The position numbers were made by a program, and so were the translations under genes. A model generated the notes under the pieces. It worked only from the letters and a program-made list of their open reading frames with translations, was not told the DNA's origin and ran no database searches. A stretch of 64,000 nt of DNA from positions 30,503 through 94,502 of the forward strand of contig CAWGXL010000002.1 of assembly GCA_963826535.1 (NCBI GenBank). Reading direction: 5' to 3'. The stretch comes from an uncultured bacterium (lineage in GTDB: Bacteria > Patescibacteriota > Microgenomatia > Levybacterales > UBA12049). Below, one piece after another: positions 1-8,967 of this stretch (its first letter is position 1; each line of letters opens with the position of its first letter).

Positions 1-1
1 G

Positions 2-415
2 TGGGAAGAGGCGCGCAGGCGTGGTTCACTTCGTTCAACGATTAGGAGGCTTGAAAAACAATCACTTGTCTCTTGGAAAGAAGTAGACGGAGAAACTCTG
101 CTTCGACTAACAGAAAATGGTAAAAAGAAAACGCTTCAGTTTACAATAGATAGCCTTCAGATTAAAAAGTCCAATAAATGGGACGGTTGGTGGAGGCTTG
201 TCATTTTTGATATTCCTGAAAATAAAAAGCTCAATCGTGAAATCTTTCGTAGAAAGTTGAAAGATCTTGAGTTCACACAACTTCAGAAAAGCGTTTTTGT
301 TTGTCGTTATGAATGTAAGGATGAGATTGATTTTTTGCGCCATGCACTGGAAGTCTCACCTTTTGTCCATTATATTCTCGCCAAAGAGATATCTGGATTT
401 GTGAAGAGTAGTTGA
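2..415 (+). CDS. PaaX-like transcriptional regulator with Cas2-like central domain (5'-truncated; absent from ORF track)
   Basis: Frame +2 is open from the window edge to TGA at 413-415: ...RSTIRRLEKQSLV...LRLTENGKK...KWDGWWRLVIFDIPENKKLNREIFRRKLKDLEFTQLQKSVFV. This is a wHTH tail plus the WDGxWRxVxFDIPE...LQKSV PaaX signature. Confidence 0.85.
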   Translation, partial: WEEARRRGSLRSTIRRLEKQSLVSWKEVDGETLLRLTENGKKKTLQFTIDSLQIKKSNKWDGWWRLVIFDIPENKKLNREIFRRKLKDLEFTQLQKSVFVCRYECKDEIDFLRHALEVSPFVHYILAKEISGFVKSS

Positions 416-424
416 ATTAAAGAG

Positions 425-462
425 TGACATTTTTCTAAAGCGATCGCTTCTAAAAAATGTCA
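425..462. repeat. 38-bp imperfect palindrome directly after the PaaX-like gene
   Basis: TGACATTTTT-CTA-AAGCGATCGCTT-CTA-AAAAATGTCA: 10-bp perfect outer arms and a 12-bp perfect palindromic core. Confidence 0.8.
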
Positions 463-490
463 ATGCTTGTGGAATAGAAGAGAACAAGGG

Positions 491-1213
491 CTATCTTGCA
501 TGATTGATTCTCCAAACCACTAAATCTGTAAGAGCCGCATTGTTCTCAAGTTGTCGCATAAGTCCAATAATGCTGCGTGGAGATAAAGTTATTGCAGGAG
601 GAACATCTACTCCTTTATGGAACCTTCTAAACTCCTTATCCCATCTTCCACCTAAACCATTTTCTATTGCTTGATTCCTACCTGGTTGATTATCTGGTTT
701 TGGAGCCTGAATATAATCTATTACCTTTCGAGATTTAGATCCTGGAATTGTTGCGTTTGTACCTATCTCAAGAGCTTTTCTTATCCATTTGTTATCAAAA
801 CGATCATCAGCATCATGTAAATCTATAAACATAGTTAAATACCCACCTGGTTCTGCAGCATCAGTTAAGAAGCCAGGAGCTACAGGAGTTAGCTTTGTTC
901 CCCATACTGCGCCTTGAAATGGATGTACATTAAAATAGCCGCCGCTACTTTGTCTTGTTTGTTGCCCTAAAGCTATAAGCGCATCTTGAGCTTGCTGTTC
1001 TGACCCTTTGCTTAAAAAGGATTGTCTTTGTTCAGTATCAATTCTGATATAAGGACCATTAACAGGATGATCAAAAATAAATCCAAAACCGTATGTGTAT
1101 CCACTTGCTGAATTTCTTCCTTCTATAGAAACAACACTAAGTCTGGCTTCAGGTGATACCCGATCAGGTTCTTCATATTTTTGTGGGTTTGGTCCAAATC
1201 TTTCACCGCTCAT
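491..1213 (-). CDS. hypothetical protein
   Basis: 240-aa ORF with an AAGGA SD-like sequence upstream; no recognisable motif. Confidence 0.7.
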   Translation of the reverse strand: MSGERFGPNPQKYEEPDRVSPEARLSVVSIEGRNSASGYTYGFGFIFDHPVNGPYIRIDTEQRQSFLSKGSEQQAQDALIALGQQTRQSSGGYFNVHPFQGAVWGTKLTPVAPGFLTDAAEPGGYLTMFIDLHDADDRFDNKWIRKALEIGTNATIPGSKSRKVIDYIQAPKPDNQPGRNQAIENGLGGRWDKEFRRFHKGVDVPPAITLSPRSIIGLMRQLENNAALTDLVVWRINHAR

Positions 1214-1319
1214 AGTTGTTATTTCCTTATATATAGTTGATTATCGAACAATGCATATTGTATCATACCATATCAAATATATCCACCGTTTGAATTTTTA
1301 ATATGCTACCATTAAATAT

Positions 1320-2411
1320 ATGGATGATCGTCTATATTGGTTAGGTTTTTCGGCTTTTCCGGGAATTGGACCGGCTCGATTTCAGAAACTACTTGCGGCT
1401 TTTGGGCAAGCTCAATCTGCATGGAAAGCAGATGTTTCCGAACTAAAGAAGTCCGGAGTTGGAGAAATTCTGGCGCATAAACTGGTTGAATTTAGAGAAA
1501 ATTTTTCTACAGATGAGTATTTACAGAAGTTAAATAACGCGAAAGTAAAATTTTTAACTTTACGTGATCCTGAATATCCCGCCCCTTTATCACGAATAAA
1601 AAACCCGCCATTTGTTTTATATGTTAAAGGAGATTTTGATTTTCACCACGCAGAAAATCAAAAAACAATTGCTTTTGTTGGATCCAGAAAAATAACTTCT
1701 TATGGTACTCAAGTCACAGAGCTTTTGGTTGGTGATTTGGCGGAGGCCGGTTGTGTTATTGTATCTGGTCTGGCAATTGGGGTTGATAGCGTAGCGCATC
1801 GAAAGACAATTCAAAGCGGAGGAAAAACAATTGCAGTGCTAGGTAGCGGTGTCGATTGTTGTTATCCTGCGCAAAATATATCTTTGTACCGAAAAATATT
1901 AGAAACCGGTGGAGCCATTGTTTCGGAGTATCCATTGGGACAAGAACCGACAAAAGGATCATTCCCTTCTCGCAATCGGATAATTGCGGGACTTTCTATC
2001 GGCGTAGTAGTGACAGAAGGCGCAGCAGATAGCGGAGCGCTTATTACCGCTGAGGACGCCTTTTTAAACAAGCGAAAGGTCTTTGCAATTCCGGGACCAA
2101 TTACCTCCAATTACTCTAAAGGACCTAATGCGCTTTTAGCCCGCGGAGCAATTCCGGTCACTCAATCTGGAGATATATTGCAAGCGCTTGCAATACCACA
2201 GCGCCCGTCCACCAGGAAAATTTTCACAGGCACCGCTGAGGAACAAAAGATTATTGTTTTATTGCAAAATACAGAAATGCATATCGATGAATTAATAAAA
2301 CGTATGAATATCCCGGCAAGCAAAATTGGCACGACCCTTTCAATTATGGAAATGAAAGGCTTATTGCGAAACTTAGGATCAGGAATTTTCGCCTTAGCAG
2401 ATATTTCGTGA
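1320..2411 (+). CDS. dprA: DNA-protecting protein DprA
   Basis: PGIGP N-terminal motif, YP..L..I.NPP.VLY.KG, VGSR, IVSGLAIGVD, FPSRNRIIAGLS, EGAADSGALITA, C-terminal wHTH. Confidence 0.97.
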   Translation: MDDRLYWLGFSAFPGIGPARFQKLLAAFGQAQSAWKADVSELKKSGVGEILAHKLVEFRENFSTDEYLQKLNNAKVKFLTLRDPEYPAPLSRIKNPPFVLYVKGDFDFHHAENQKTIAFVGSRKITSYGTQVTELLVGDLAEAGCVIVSGLAIGVDSVAHRKTIQSGGKTIAVLGSGVDCCYPAQNISLYRKILETGGAIVSEYPLGQEPTKGSFPSRNRIIAGLSIGVVVTEGAADSGALITAEDAFLNKRKVFAIPGPITSNYSKGPNALLARGAIPVTQSGDILQALAIPQRPSTRKIFTGTAEEQKIIVLLQNTEMHIDELIKRMNIPASKIGTTLSIMEMKGLLRNLGSGIFALADIS

Positions 2412-2447
2412 ACATTAGACCCGCTGAGCAGACCAAAAAGCAACTGA

Positions 2448-3071
2448 CTATTTTTGAATGAACACAACTGCTGATACAGCACCAGCACGAGGAATGCCAT
2501 CCGCAGAATGCCGCCAAACTACCCGCAGTGGATTGCCAGGACGATCTCGACCAATGCTTACAGGGTAGTCATCCGACGTATTATCTAATACCCGGCCAAA
2601 CTGACGCATTAAAAGCTCATTTCCTGTTTTTGCCTTGCAAGCTTTATCTAATTGAGACAAACCTGAGGCTGGCAACATGACTGATCTTGCATAAGGATTT
2701 ATTGCTTCTATTAGTCCCCTGGAATGATTTTGAGTCATAACAAGTTGTAGAGGACGATCCTCATCAAAACTTCCCATAACAAAAACTCTAGTCGGATCTA
2801 TTGCAACTAGCATTGAGTTTGGTAAAGCAAAATCACGTAGACTAGGAATCGCATTTACATAATTCAGCTGATCGCGTCTGAAATAACTTGGATCTTCCTG
2901 AATAACCTCAGGCAATGTTTTTGGCTCGATCCTAAGAAAAATAAATCCACGACTTGCAAATTCTATCTGCTCTTCAATTGACGGCTTACGAACTCTGTAC
3001 AATAAATCATAGGATTCCTGACGAAGATTCTTTTCCGGAACTACTGCTTTTCTCTCTGGACCCAGCCCCAT
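2448..3071 (-). CDS. hypothetical protein with C-type-lectin-like (DGR-target-like) C-terminus
   Basis: VAIDPTRVFVMGS...TGNELL...VSIGR...LRVVWR...RAGAVSAVVF; shares its layout with 50109..50699. TTGACA-17-TATGGT promoter 9 nt upstream of ATG. Confidence 0.6.
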   Translation of the reverse strand: MGLGPERKAVVPEKNLRQESYDLLYRVRKPSIEEQIEFASRGFIFLRIEPKTLPEVIQEDPSYFRRDQLNYVNAIPSLRDFALPNSMLVAIDPTRVFVMGSFDEDRPLQLVMTQNHSRGLIEAINPYARSVMLPASGLSQLDKACKAKTGNELLMRQFGRVLDNTSDDYPVSIGRDRPGNPLRVVWRHSADGIPRAGAVSAVVFIQK

Positions 3072-3170
3072 ATGACGAGAACCATATCATACTATGAGAT
3101 GTCTGTCAAATATTAAATTGACAACAGTTTATTTTAAAATTTAATTCCGCTCTGATTGAAATACATAAGC

Positions 3171-3275
3171 TTGTCATCCCTACCGAAGCGATAGCCTAGT
3201 TGAGGGATCTCACACAAATGAGTAGCTAAGGCGGTATGAGATTCCTCGACTCCCGTCGGTCGCTCGGAATGACAA
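3171..3275. repeat. GTCAT-type REP/MITE-like palindromic element (inverted pair)
   Basis: Left arm TTGTCATCCCTACCGAAGCG...GAGGGATCTCA; right arm (reverse complement) TTGTCATTCCGAGCGACCGACGGGAGTCGAGGAATCTCA. Confidence 0.8.
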
Positions 3276-3302
3276 TACCAAGTCAACTTATTGCGGCGTA
3301 GT

Positions 3303-4850
3303 TTATTTGTCAACAACTGGTTGGTCAGGTGGCACAGCGCCTCTTTCCATCAATGCTCCCCCTGAACTGACTGGATAAGGATATGGTGGAGTTTGTCTGT
3401 CTTGGAAAAATATAAAGAAAATTAGAGCAAACACAATTCCATAAAACACGAGCCAGAAAATTGTCAGAATGAGAGTTGCCGATCCGGCAATAATCCCTTT
3501 TTTTATACCCACAATAATCCCGGGAGCGAATAAAAACATCGCATAAATACATAAAGAAATAACTGCAAAAAGGAGAATTAAAAGAGAATAGAAAAAGTTA
3601 TAACTGTAATATTGGAAAACCTGTACGAAGTAATAACTTAAAATGTACAAACCGATTGTATATAATAGTATAAGAAGTGACGCGCCGAAACTTGCCCCTA
3701 AAACCACCATGTAAGAAAGAGTTCTGAGGTTACTTGGTTGGTCAGGAGGAGTATCTTTTTTACCAAAAACCTTTTTTACAGCTATAAATAGCGATCCAAA
3801 TGCCAGCACCAGAACGAGAACAAAGATTCCGATTCCAACTCCTATTTCCCGGCCGTATAATTTCCATCTACTATCAGCATACACGCCATGAACTGTATAA
3901 GATTCATTTGGCTGGAGATTAGAAGCTGATTTTACTATTGTACCCTGACCAATTGAATTGTAAAATTGATCAAATTGAGCATTACCCGCGCTTCTCCCTT
4001 CATCAACCGCAGCACTCATAGGAGCGATTGATGTTTCTTTTGCCTGGTAATTAATATCTCCTTTTGCGTCTTTAAGGTAGTAATCAGGATCAACTATGAC
4101 TCCAACCTGCAGGCTTTGAATTGTATCCGCAACTTTAACCGTATCAACAGAAAAATTATATGCTCCAAGCATATCTTTATTCGTAACACCACTCATGGAA
4201 AAGGAAAGAAGCAAGCTTCCGCTGCCATTAGGCTTTACTTCTTTCGGTAATTGAACTGTCAGCTCGCTGCCATTAAGTACAAATTTTGCTTTATGATATG
4301 TTGTAGCCCCCCATCCATATGAATAGTCAGGCTCCTGATACTGATCGCATTTTTGTGTAGGTGGGGGATAATTGTAAATCATAGAATCACTTTCAGAAGT
4401 TAGCGGCATTGGTTGGTATGAAATACACTGCGGCTCCCGGTACACTTGATACACGCTGAGATTTTGCGGATCTTTTTGAAAAGTGAATTTAATTGCCGAC
4501 ACCGAAGCCTCTTCTCTATTTGAAAAAACTGTTTTCAAGGAGAACAAAGCGTCCCCATTGCCCCGTAAAGTTATAGTATAAAAATGATTTTGTCCAAAAG
4601 GGAGACTAGTTTCGGGATTAGGCACCGGGGGCATTATCTTCACCGGCTCGGCAACGCCTGGCATTGTCATTGGTTCCGCATCACGCATCCGATCTTCTGT
4701 CCAATATCCCTCACTCCCTGTAGATTCTGTAGTTGAAGATATGGGTGAAGAGACAGAAACGCTCGCTTTAGTATTATCTTGAGCGAAGGAAGTTATAGGA
4801 AGACAAAGGGTCAATAAAAACACAAACAATACAACCCAGCCTTTTTTCAT
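3303..4850 (-). CDS. membrane protein with signal peptide, large extracellular domain and ~4 C-terminal TM helices
   Basis: MKKGWVVLFVFLLTLCLPITSFA|Q signal peptide; four hydrophobic stretches near the C-terminus. Confidence 0.8.
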   Translation of the reverse strand: MKKGWVVLFVFLLTLCLPITSFAQDNTKASVSVSSPISSTTESTGSEGYWTEDRMRDAEPMTMPGVAEPVKIMPPVPNPETSLPFGQNHFYTITLRGNGDALFSLKTVFSNREEASVSAIKFTFQKDPQNLSVYQVYREPQCISYQPMPLTSESDSMIYNYPPPTQKCDQYQEPDYSYGWGATTYHKAKFVLNGSELTVQLPKEVKPNGSGSLLLSFSMSGVTNKDMLGAYNFSVDTVKVADTIQSLQVGVIVDPDYYLKDAKGDINYQAKETSIAPMSAAVDEGRSAGNAQFDQFYNSIGQGTIVKSASNLQPNESYTVHGVYADSRWKLYGREIGVGIGIFVLVLVLAFGSLFIAVKKVFGKKDTPPDQPSNLRTLSYMVVLGASFGASLLILLYTIGLYILSYYFVQVFQYYSYNFFYSLLILLFAVISLCIYAMFLFAPGIIVGIKKGIIAGSATLILTIFWLVFYGIVFALIFFIFFQDRQTPPYPYPVSSGGALMERGAVPPDQPVVDK

Positions 4851-4889
4851 ATCTGTTCAAGTACACCATATTCTTTTATCTATGTCAAT

Positions 4890-5795
4890 TCAAAACTTCC
4901 ACCCAAGCTCTTTTTTGATTTCTTTCACGGCTTTCTCGTATTGCTCTTTAGTTAGCTGATTATTTAGAACGCAGTATTTTTTGTTGGCTAAATCCACACA
5001 GCCGAAGCAATCAGAGCAGTTTTTAAGATAGGCGCTATAATAACAATTGGTGCAATATTGACAAAAGTATAAAAAAGCACAGTTATAAAGAGAACGAGAA
5101 AGTGCTAGCTCATAACATCGCTCGGCAACAAGACTTCTGTCCGCGCTACCTGAGTAATATAAATCCCAACAGCTTTTTGCGTTTACGCTAATGAAAATAT
5201 AGCCTGAATTTTCACCATAAAAAGTATTAAAACACCAATAATTATTTTTTGAATTATAAATGTAATTACCATAAAGACAATTCTCATTATCCAACTGTTG
5301 GTTTGCGGGATGAGGAATTTGTCGTTTTAAATCAAACATTTGCTTGAGAAGCTTTTCAGGGTTTTGTTTTCTTAGCTCTTCAACTTTTTTAAAATATTCC
5401 TCTTTGGTATATTGTTTATTAAATATACAATATTTCTTATGAGTTAAACCTACACATCCGAAGCAATCTGCACAGGCATTTAACATCGCGGAAAAATGAC
5501 AGCCTGTACAACTGTTGCAATCCATCAGATACGTACAATTATGACATTTAGTGGAATCAATACATTGATAGCACTTTTCAGATTCTGCAACAAAAGTACA
5601 ATCTACGACTTTGTTACTCCAAAATCCATTCGAAGTATATATCCCGTCTTCCAAGTAGCTTGAAATAAAACAGTGATAGCAATTTTTGCTGTTATAAAGG
5701 ATATCTCCATATTCACAATCAACAGATTGGAAAGTTATAGTTGCCGGAACAGGAATAGATTTTTTCAGAAGCTCATATTTTTCCAGAAAGGTCAT
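4890..5795 (-). CDS. Cys-rich repeat protein (CPR family often mislabelled CaiB/BaiF), paralog 1
   Basis: Repeated CxxCxxC..C..CFGCVGL..KKYCI.NKQYTKEEY modules. Start moved to ATG 5795 (MTFLEK) to match the paralog at 17309. Confidence 0.85.
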   Translation of the reverse strand: MTFLEKYELLKKSIPVPATITFQSVDCEYGDILYNSKNCYHCFISSYLEDGIYTSNGFWSNKVVDCTFVAESEKCYQCIDSTKCHNCTYLMDCNSCTGCHFSAMLNACADCFGCVGLTHKKYCIFNKQYTKEEYFKKVEELRKQNPEKLLKQMFDLKRQIPHPANQQLDNENCLYGNYIYNSKNNYWCFNTFYGENSGYIFISVNAKSCWDLYYSGSADRSLVAERCYELALSRSLYNCAFLYFCQYCTNCYYSAYLKNCSDCFGCVDLANKKYCVLNNQLTKEQYEKAVKEIKKELGWKF

Positions 5796-5902
5796 AATAA
5801 ATATCAAAAATTATTATAGCATAATTTATAATACCGTCTTGACAGCCCCTGTATAATGTAGACTACAATTATTTAAGTCCTGAAAGATGGACTAAATTTT
5901 TT

Positions 5903-8032
5903 ATGAGAAACCTTGTTATAGTTGAATCGCCTACAAAAGCAAGAACTATTGGTAAATTCTTAGGAAATGATTATGAGATTAAGTTCTCAATGGGACATAT
6001 TATTGATTTGCCCAAAAGTAAACTCGGGGTTGCGGTTGAAGATGGATTCACCCCGCAGTATGAAGTTATCGCGGATAAGAAAAAGATAATTGCGGATCTG
6101 CGCGCTTCAGCGAAAAAAGCGGACACAATCATTCTCGCGACAGACCCTGATCGTGAAGGAGAAGCGATCGCGTCCAATATTAAAGATGTTCTCTCTAAAA
6201 AAATTTTGGGCAAAGGCAAATCCCCCTCTGGTGAAAAAAACGAAAAATTTAAAAGGATTGTATTCCATGAAATCACAGAGGCTGCAATAAAAGAAGCACT
6301 TGCGAGTCCTAGGGATGTTGATGTTAATTTAGTTAATGCACAGACTGCAAGACGGGTTCTGGATCGGTTAGTCGGTTATCAATTATCACCGGTTTTGTGG
6401 AAGAAAGTTCGGCGGGGATTGTCAGCCGGTAGAGTGCAAAGTGTTACCTTGCGTCTTATTGTAGAGCGCGAGCGGGAAATTGAAAAATTCGCTAAGGAGC
6501 CATATTGGACAGTTCATGCGTTGTTTACAAAATTAGAAAATGACGCGGTAGAATTTACTTTATTAGAAATTAATGGTGAGAAAATAGAAACTTCTCAAAC
6601 ATTTACTCTTTACGATGGAGAATATAAAACAACAAAAACTATTATTGACAGTCAAAACAGAGCAGAGGAGATTGCCAAAGATATTACAGGGAAGAATTTT
6701 ACTGTCGCGGATGTGATCAAGCGGCAGATAAAACGTAGCCCCTATGCGCCTTTCACAACATCTACTATGCAGCAGGATGCATCCCGGCGATACGGATTTT
6801 CAGGAAAAAGGACTATGAGGTTAGCGCAAAAACTATACGAAGAAGGATTTATTACTTATCATAGAACCGATTCGGTAATTTTGTCCCGTCCCTCAATCAC
6901 ACAAATACGGACATTTATTCAAAAAGAATATGGTGAGAAATACGTGCCTGAAAAACCCCGGATTTATTCAGCCAAACAAAAACTTGCTCAGGAAGCTCAT
7001 GAAGGAATCAGGCCGACAAAAATCCAAAAAGTAAGCCTACAGGCAAATGGAGAAATAACAAATGATCATACTAAACTATATGAATTAATTTGGAAGCGGA
7101 CAGCCGCATCACAAATGAGTGATGCATTAATTGAATCAACAACTGTGTACGCAGATTCTACTGTTGTCATTGCGAGCGGTAGCGAATCAATCTCTAATAA
7201 TAATCTTTACAGATTTAAATCAACAGGCTCAGTACTTCTTTTCGATGGGTTCTTGAAATTGACTCCACTGGCTTTGCAGGATAGACAGCTACCACAATTT
7301 ATATCAGGGGAATCTTTGACACTAAGCAAATGTTTTAACACAGCGCATGAAACCCAACCGCCTCCAAGGTACAACGAGGCATCGCTGATCGCGGCTTTGG
7401 AAGAAAAAGGAATCGGCCGTCCATCAACATATGCTTCGATCGTCGCGACACTTATAGATCGCGGATATGCTGAACGAATTGAAAAGCGATTTGAACCAAC
7501 AGTTGTTGGGAAAGCGGTTAATGATTTTCTTGTCACTAATTTTTCAGCAATTGATGATATTCCGTTTACAGCGGAGATGGAAGATAAATTGGATAGCATT
7601 GCTCAAGGAAAAAAAGAATGGGTAGATATGATGCGCGACTTCTATACTCCTTTTGAAAAAAAGATAAGCGAGGTAGAAAGTGCAAGTAGAGTAAAGATAG
7701 AAACTCAGCCAACAAGTGAGATTTGTCCTCTATGCGGAGCAAATGTAGTGATAAGGTATGGAAAATTTGGAAAATTTCTTTCCTGTAGTAAATTTCCCGA
7801 ATGTAAGTTCACTAAATCTTATGCCGAGGAAACCAATTTAACCTGCCCAAAAGATAATGGAAACATTATTGTAAAGAAAACCCGCAAAGGCCGTAAATTT
7901 TTCGGTTGTTCCAATTATCCCGCCTGCGACTTCGCGGCGTGGAAGTTAGAAGACATTAAAAATTATGATCCAAACGCACCTGCAAAAAATAAAACTGAAA
8001 CGAAAATGATCTCTATCGGGAAGGAGAAGTAA
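5903..8032 (+). CDS. topA: DNA topoisomerase I
   Basis: LVIVESPTKA TOPRIM motif, ATDPDREGEAI, SAGRVQS, ITYHRTDS active-site Tyr, AQEAHEGIRPT, GIGRPSTY, C-terminal C4 zinc ribbons. Confidence 0.98.
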   Translation: MRNLVIVESPTKARTIGKFLGNDYEIKFSMGHIIDLPKSKLGVAVEDGFTPQYEVIADKKKIIADLRASAKKADTIILATDPDREGEAIASNIKDVLSKKILGKGKSPSGEKNEKFKRIVFHEITEAAIKEALASPRDVDVNLVNAQTARRVLDRLVGYQLSPVLWKKVRRGLSAGRVQSVTLRLIVEREREIEKFAKEPYWTVHALFTKLENDAVEFTLLEINGEKIETSQTFTLYDGEYKTTKTIIDSQNRAEEIAKDITGKNFTVADVIKRQIKRSPYAPFTTSTMQQDASRRYGFSGKRTMRLAQKLYEEGFITYHRTDSVILSRPSITQIRTFIQKEYGEKYVPEKPRIYSAKQKLAQEAHEGIRPTKIQKVSLQANGEITNDHTKLYELIWKRTAASQMSDALIESTTVYADSTVVIASGSESISNNNLYRFKSTGSVLLFDGFLKLTPLALQDRQLPQFISGESLTLSKCFNTAHETQPPPRYNEASLIAALEEKGIGRPSTYASIVATLIDRGYAERIEKRFEPTVVGKAVNDFLVTNFSAIDDIPFTAEMEDKLDSIAQGKKEWVDMMRDFYTPFEKKISEVESASRVKIETQPTSEICPLCGANVVIRYGKFGKFLSCSKFPECKFTKSYAEETNLTCPKDNGNIIVKKTRKGRKFFGCSNYPACDFAAWKLEDIKNYDPNAPAKNKTETKMISIGKEK
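7165..7194 (+). repeat. GTCAT-type palindromic element inserted in frame in topA
   Basis: TGTCATTGCGAGCGGTAGCGAATCAATCTC encodes VIASGSESIS. Same TGTCAT...ATCTC ends as the intergenic arms at 3171-3275. Confidence 0.7.
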
Positions 8033-8036
8033 AACT

Positions 8037-8834
8037 TTATTCCCCGGGCGAAGCGGGACAAACAAATTCACAATTAGGTCCGGTTCTCCCCACAAACGAT
8101 CCATCAGGACACTGCCTCGCATCCTCCGTGCAAAATGTTAGTTTCTGTGTAGGAGGTGGAATCGATACCTGCGCTTGGTCGAGGAATTTGAAGGTGGAGA
8201 TGATTTGGCCAAAAACCCTGGATGCATTTTCATCATAATATTGTATTTGTAGTTCGATTAATGGTTCCATATTGGTTTTAATTATATCGCTGCTTTCACC
8301 ATTTATTTCAACTAATTCAAAACCTTTTCCGGGAACACCTCCTAGAATAATTTGTCCTGAACGATTTCCGTTAATGCATTTTTTGACAATTTGACTACTT
8401 GAACATTCAGGATATGCTAGAAAATTTATAAATGATTTCGGATCATCAGACACAGTAATTCCTATCGCAGGGGTTCCATTTTGGTAATACAATATTATTT
8501 TAGTGTCTTTCTCTTCAATTTTGTCAATTTGCTGTGGATATTGAAAGGCAAAAGAATATCGATTATTAATATATGTTTTCATTTTACTCGGATCGGAAGT
8601 TGGAGAAGCAGAAAAAGAATTCGGAGATGTTGTCGGTTGTAATATAGCTAATTGTTTTTGTTTATAATTTGACGAAACATATTTAATTCCGAATACAACT
8701 ATTATAAAAATAAGTGAAAAAAGCAAAAAGTATTTGCCATATTTATCCAGGAACGAAGCATTAGGGTCATTCAACAATTTTTTATAGACCTCCGGAAGCT
8801 CTTGCTCTGGAGCAGGACGTTCAGAATTATCCAT
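8037..8834 (-). CDS. single-pass membrane protein with PsbP-like domain and C-terminal CTxDAxxCPDGSxVGRxGPxCEF motif
   Basis: TM helix at about aa 36-53, Pro/Ser/Thr linker, KTYINNRYSFAFQYP...IISTFKF, Cys motif typical of CPR surface proteins. Confidence 0.75.
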   Translation of the reverse strand: MDNSERPAPEQELPEVYKKLLNDPNASFLDKYGKYFLLFSLIFIIVVFGIKYVSSNYKQKQLAILQPTTSPNSFSASPTSDPSKMKTYINNRYSFAFQYPQQIDKIEEKDTKIILYYQNGTPAIGITVSDDPKSFINFLAYPECSSSQIVKKCINGNRSGQIILGGVPGKGFELVEINGESSDIIKTNMEPLIELQIQYYDENASRVFGQIISTFKFLDQAQVSIPPPTQKLTFCTEDARQCPDGSFVGRTGPNCEFVCPASPGE

Positions 8835-8967
8835 TAAGCTCAGTATTTCATATTACACAAACGAGTGTCAACAAAACATTTCCAGTTCCTGAATCTCCTT
8901 TTCAATACTTTTTAATTTCATTCAAATCAAATTAGGCGGATTTTGCACTATTTGCTATAATGGGTAT

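Noticed and set aside
107-343. 78-aa minus-strand ORF from the track
   Set aside because: Antisense shadow of the PaaX-like gene on the + strand.
2-490. CRISPR-Cas locus suggested by the Cas2-like motif
   Set aside because: The motif lies within a PaaX-type protein. No cas1 or other cas genes and no repeat-spacer array were seen in the window.
2412-3071. Complete diversity-generating retroelement
   Set aside because: No reverse transcriptase, Avd or adenine-mismatched template repeat was found by eye; only target-like proteins are present.
3134-3316. 60-aa ORF (CHSERPTGVEES...)
   Set aside because: It is a translation of the palindromic repeat at 3171-3275, with no independent coding evidence.
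6218-6238. Second element in topA (AAATCCCCCTCTGGTGAAAAA)
   Set aside because: Only a degenerate match to the TCCGCC..TGGCGGA dyad, so it is mentioned as possible and not called as a feature.
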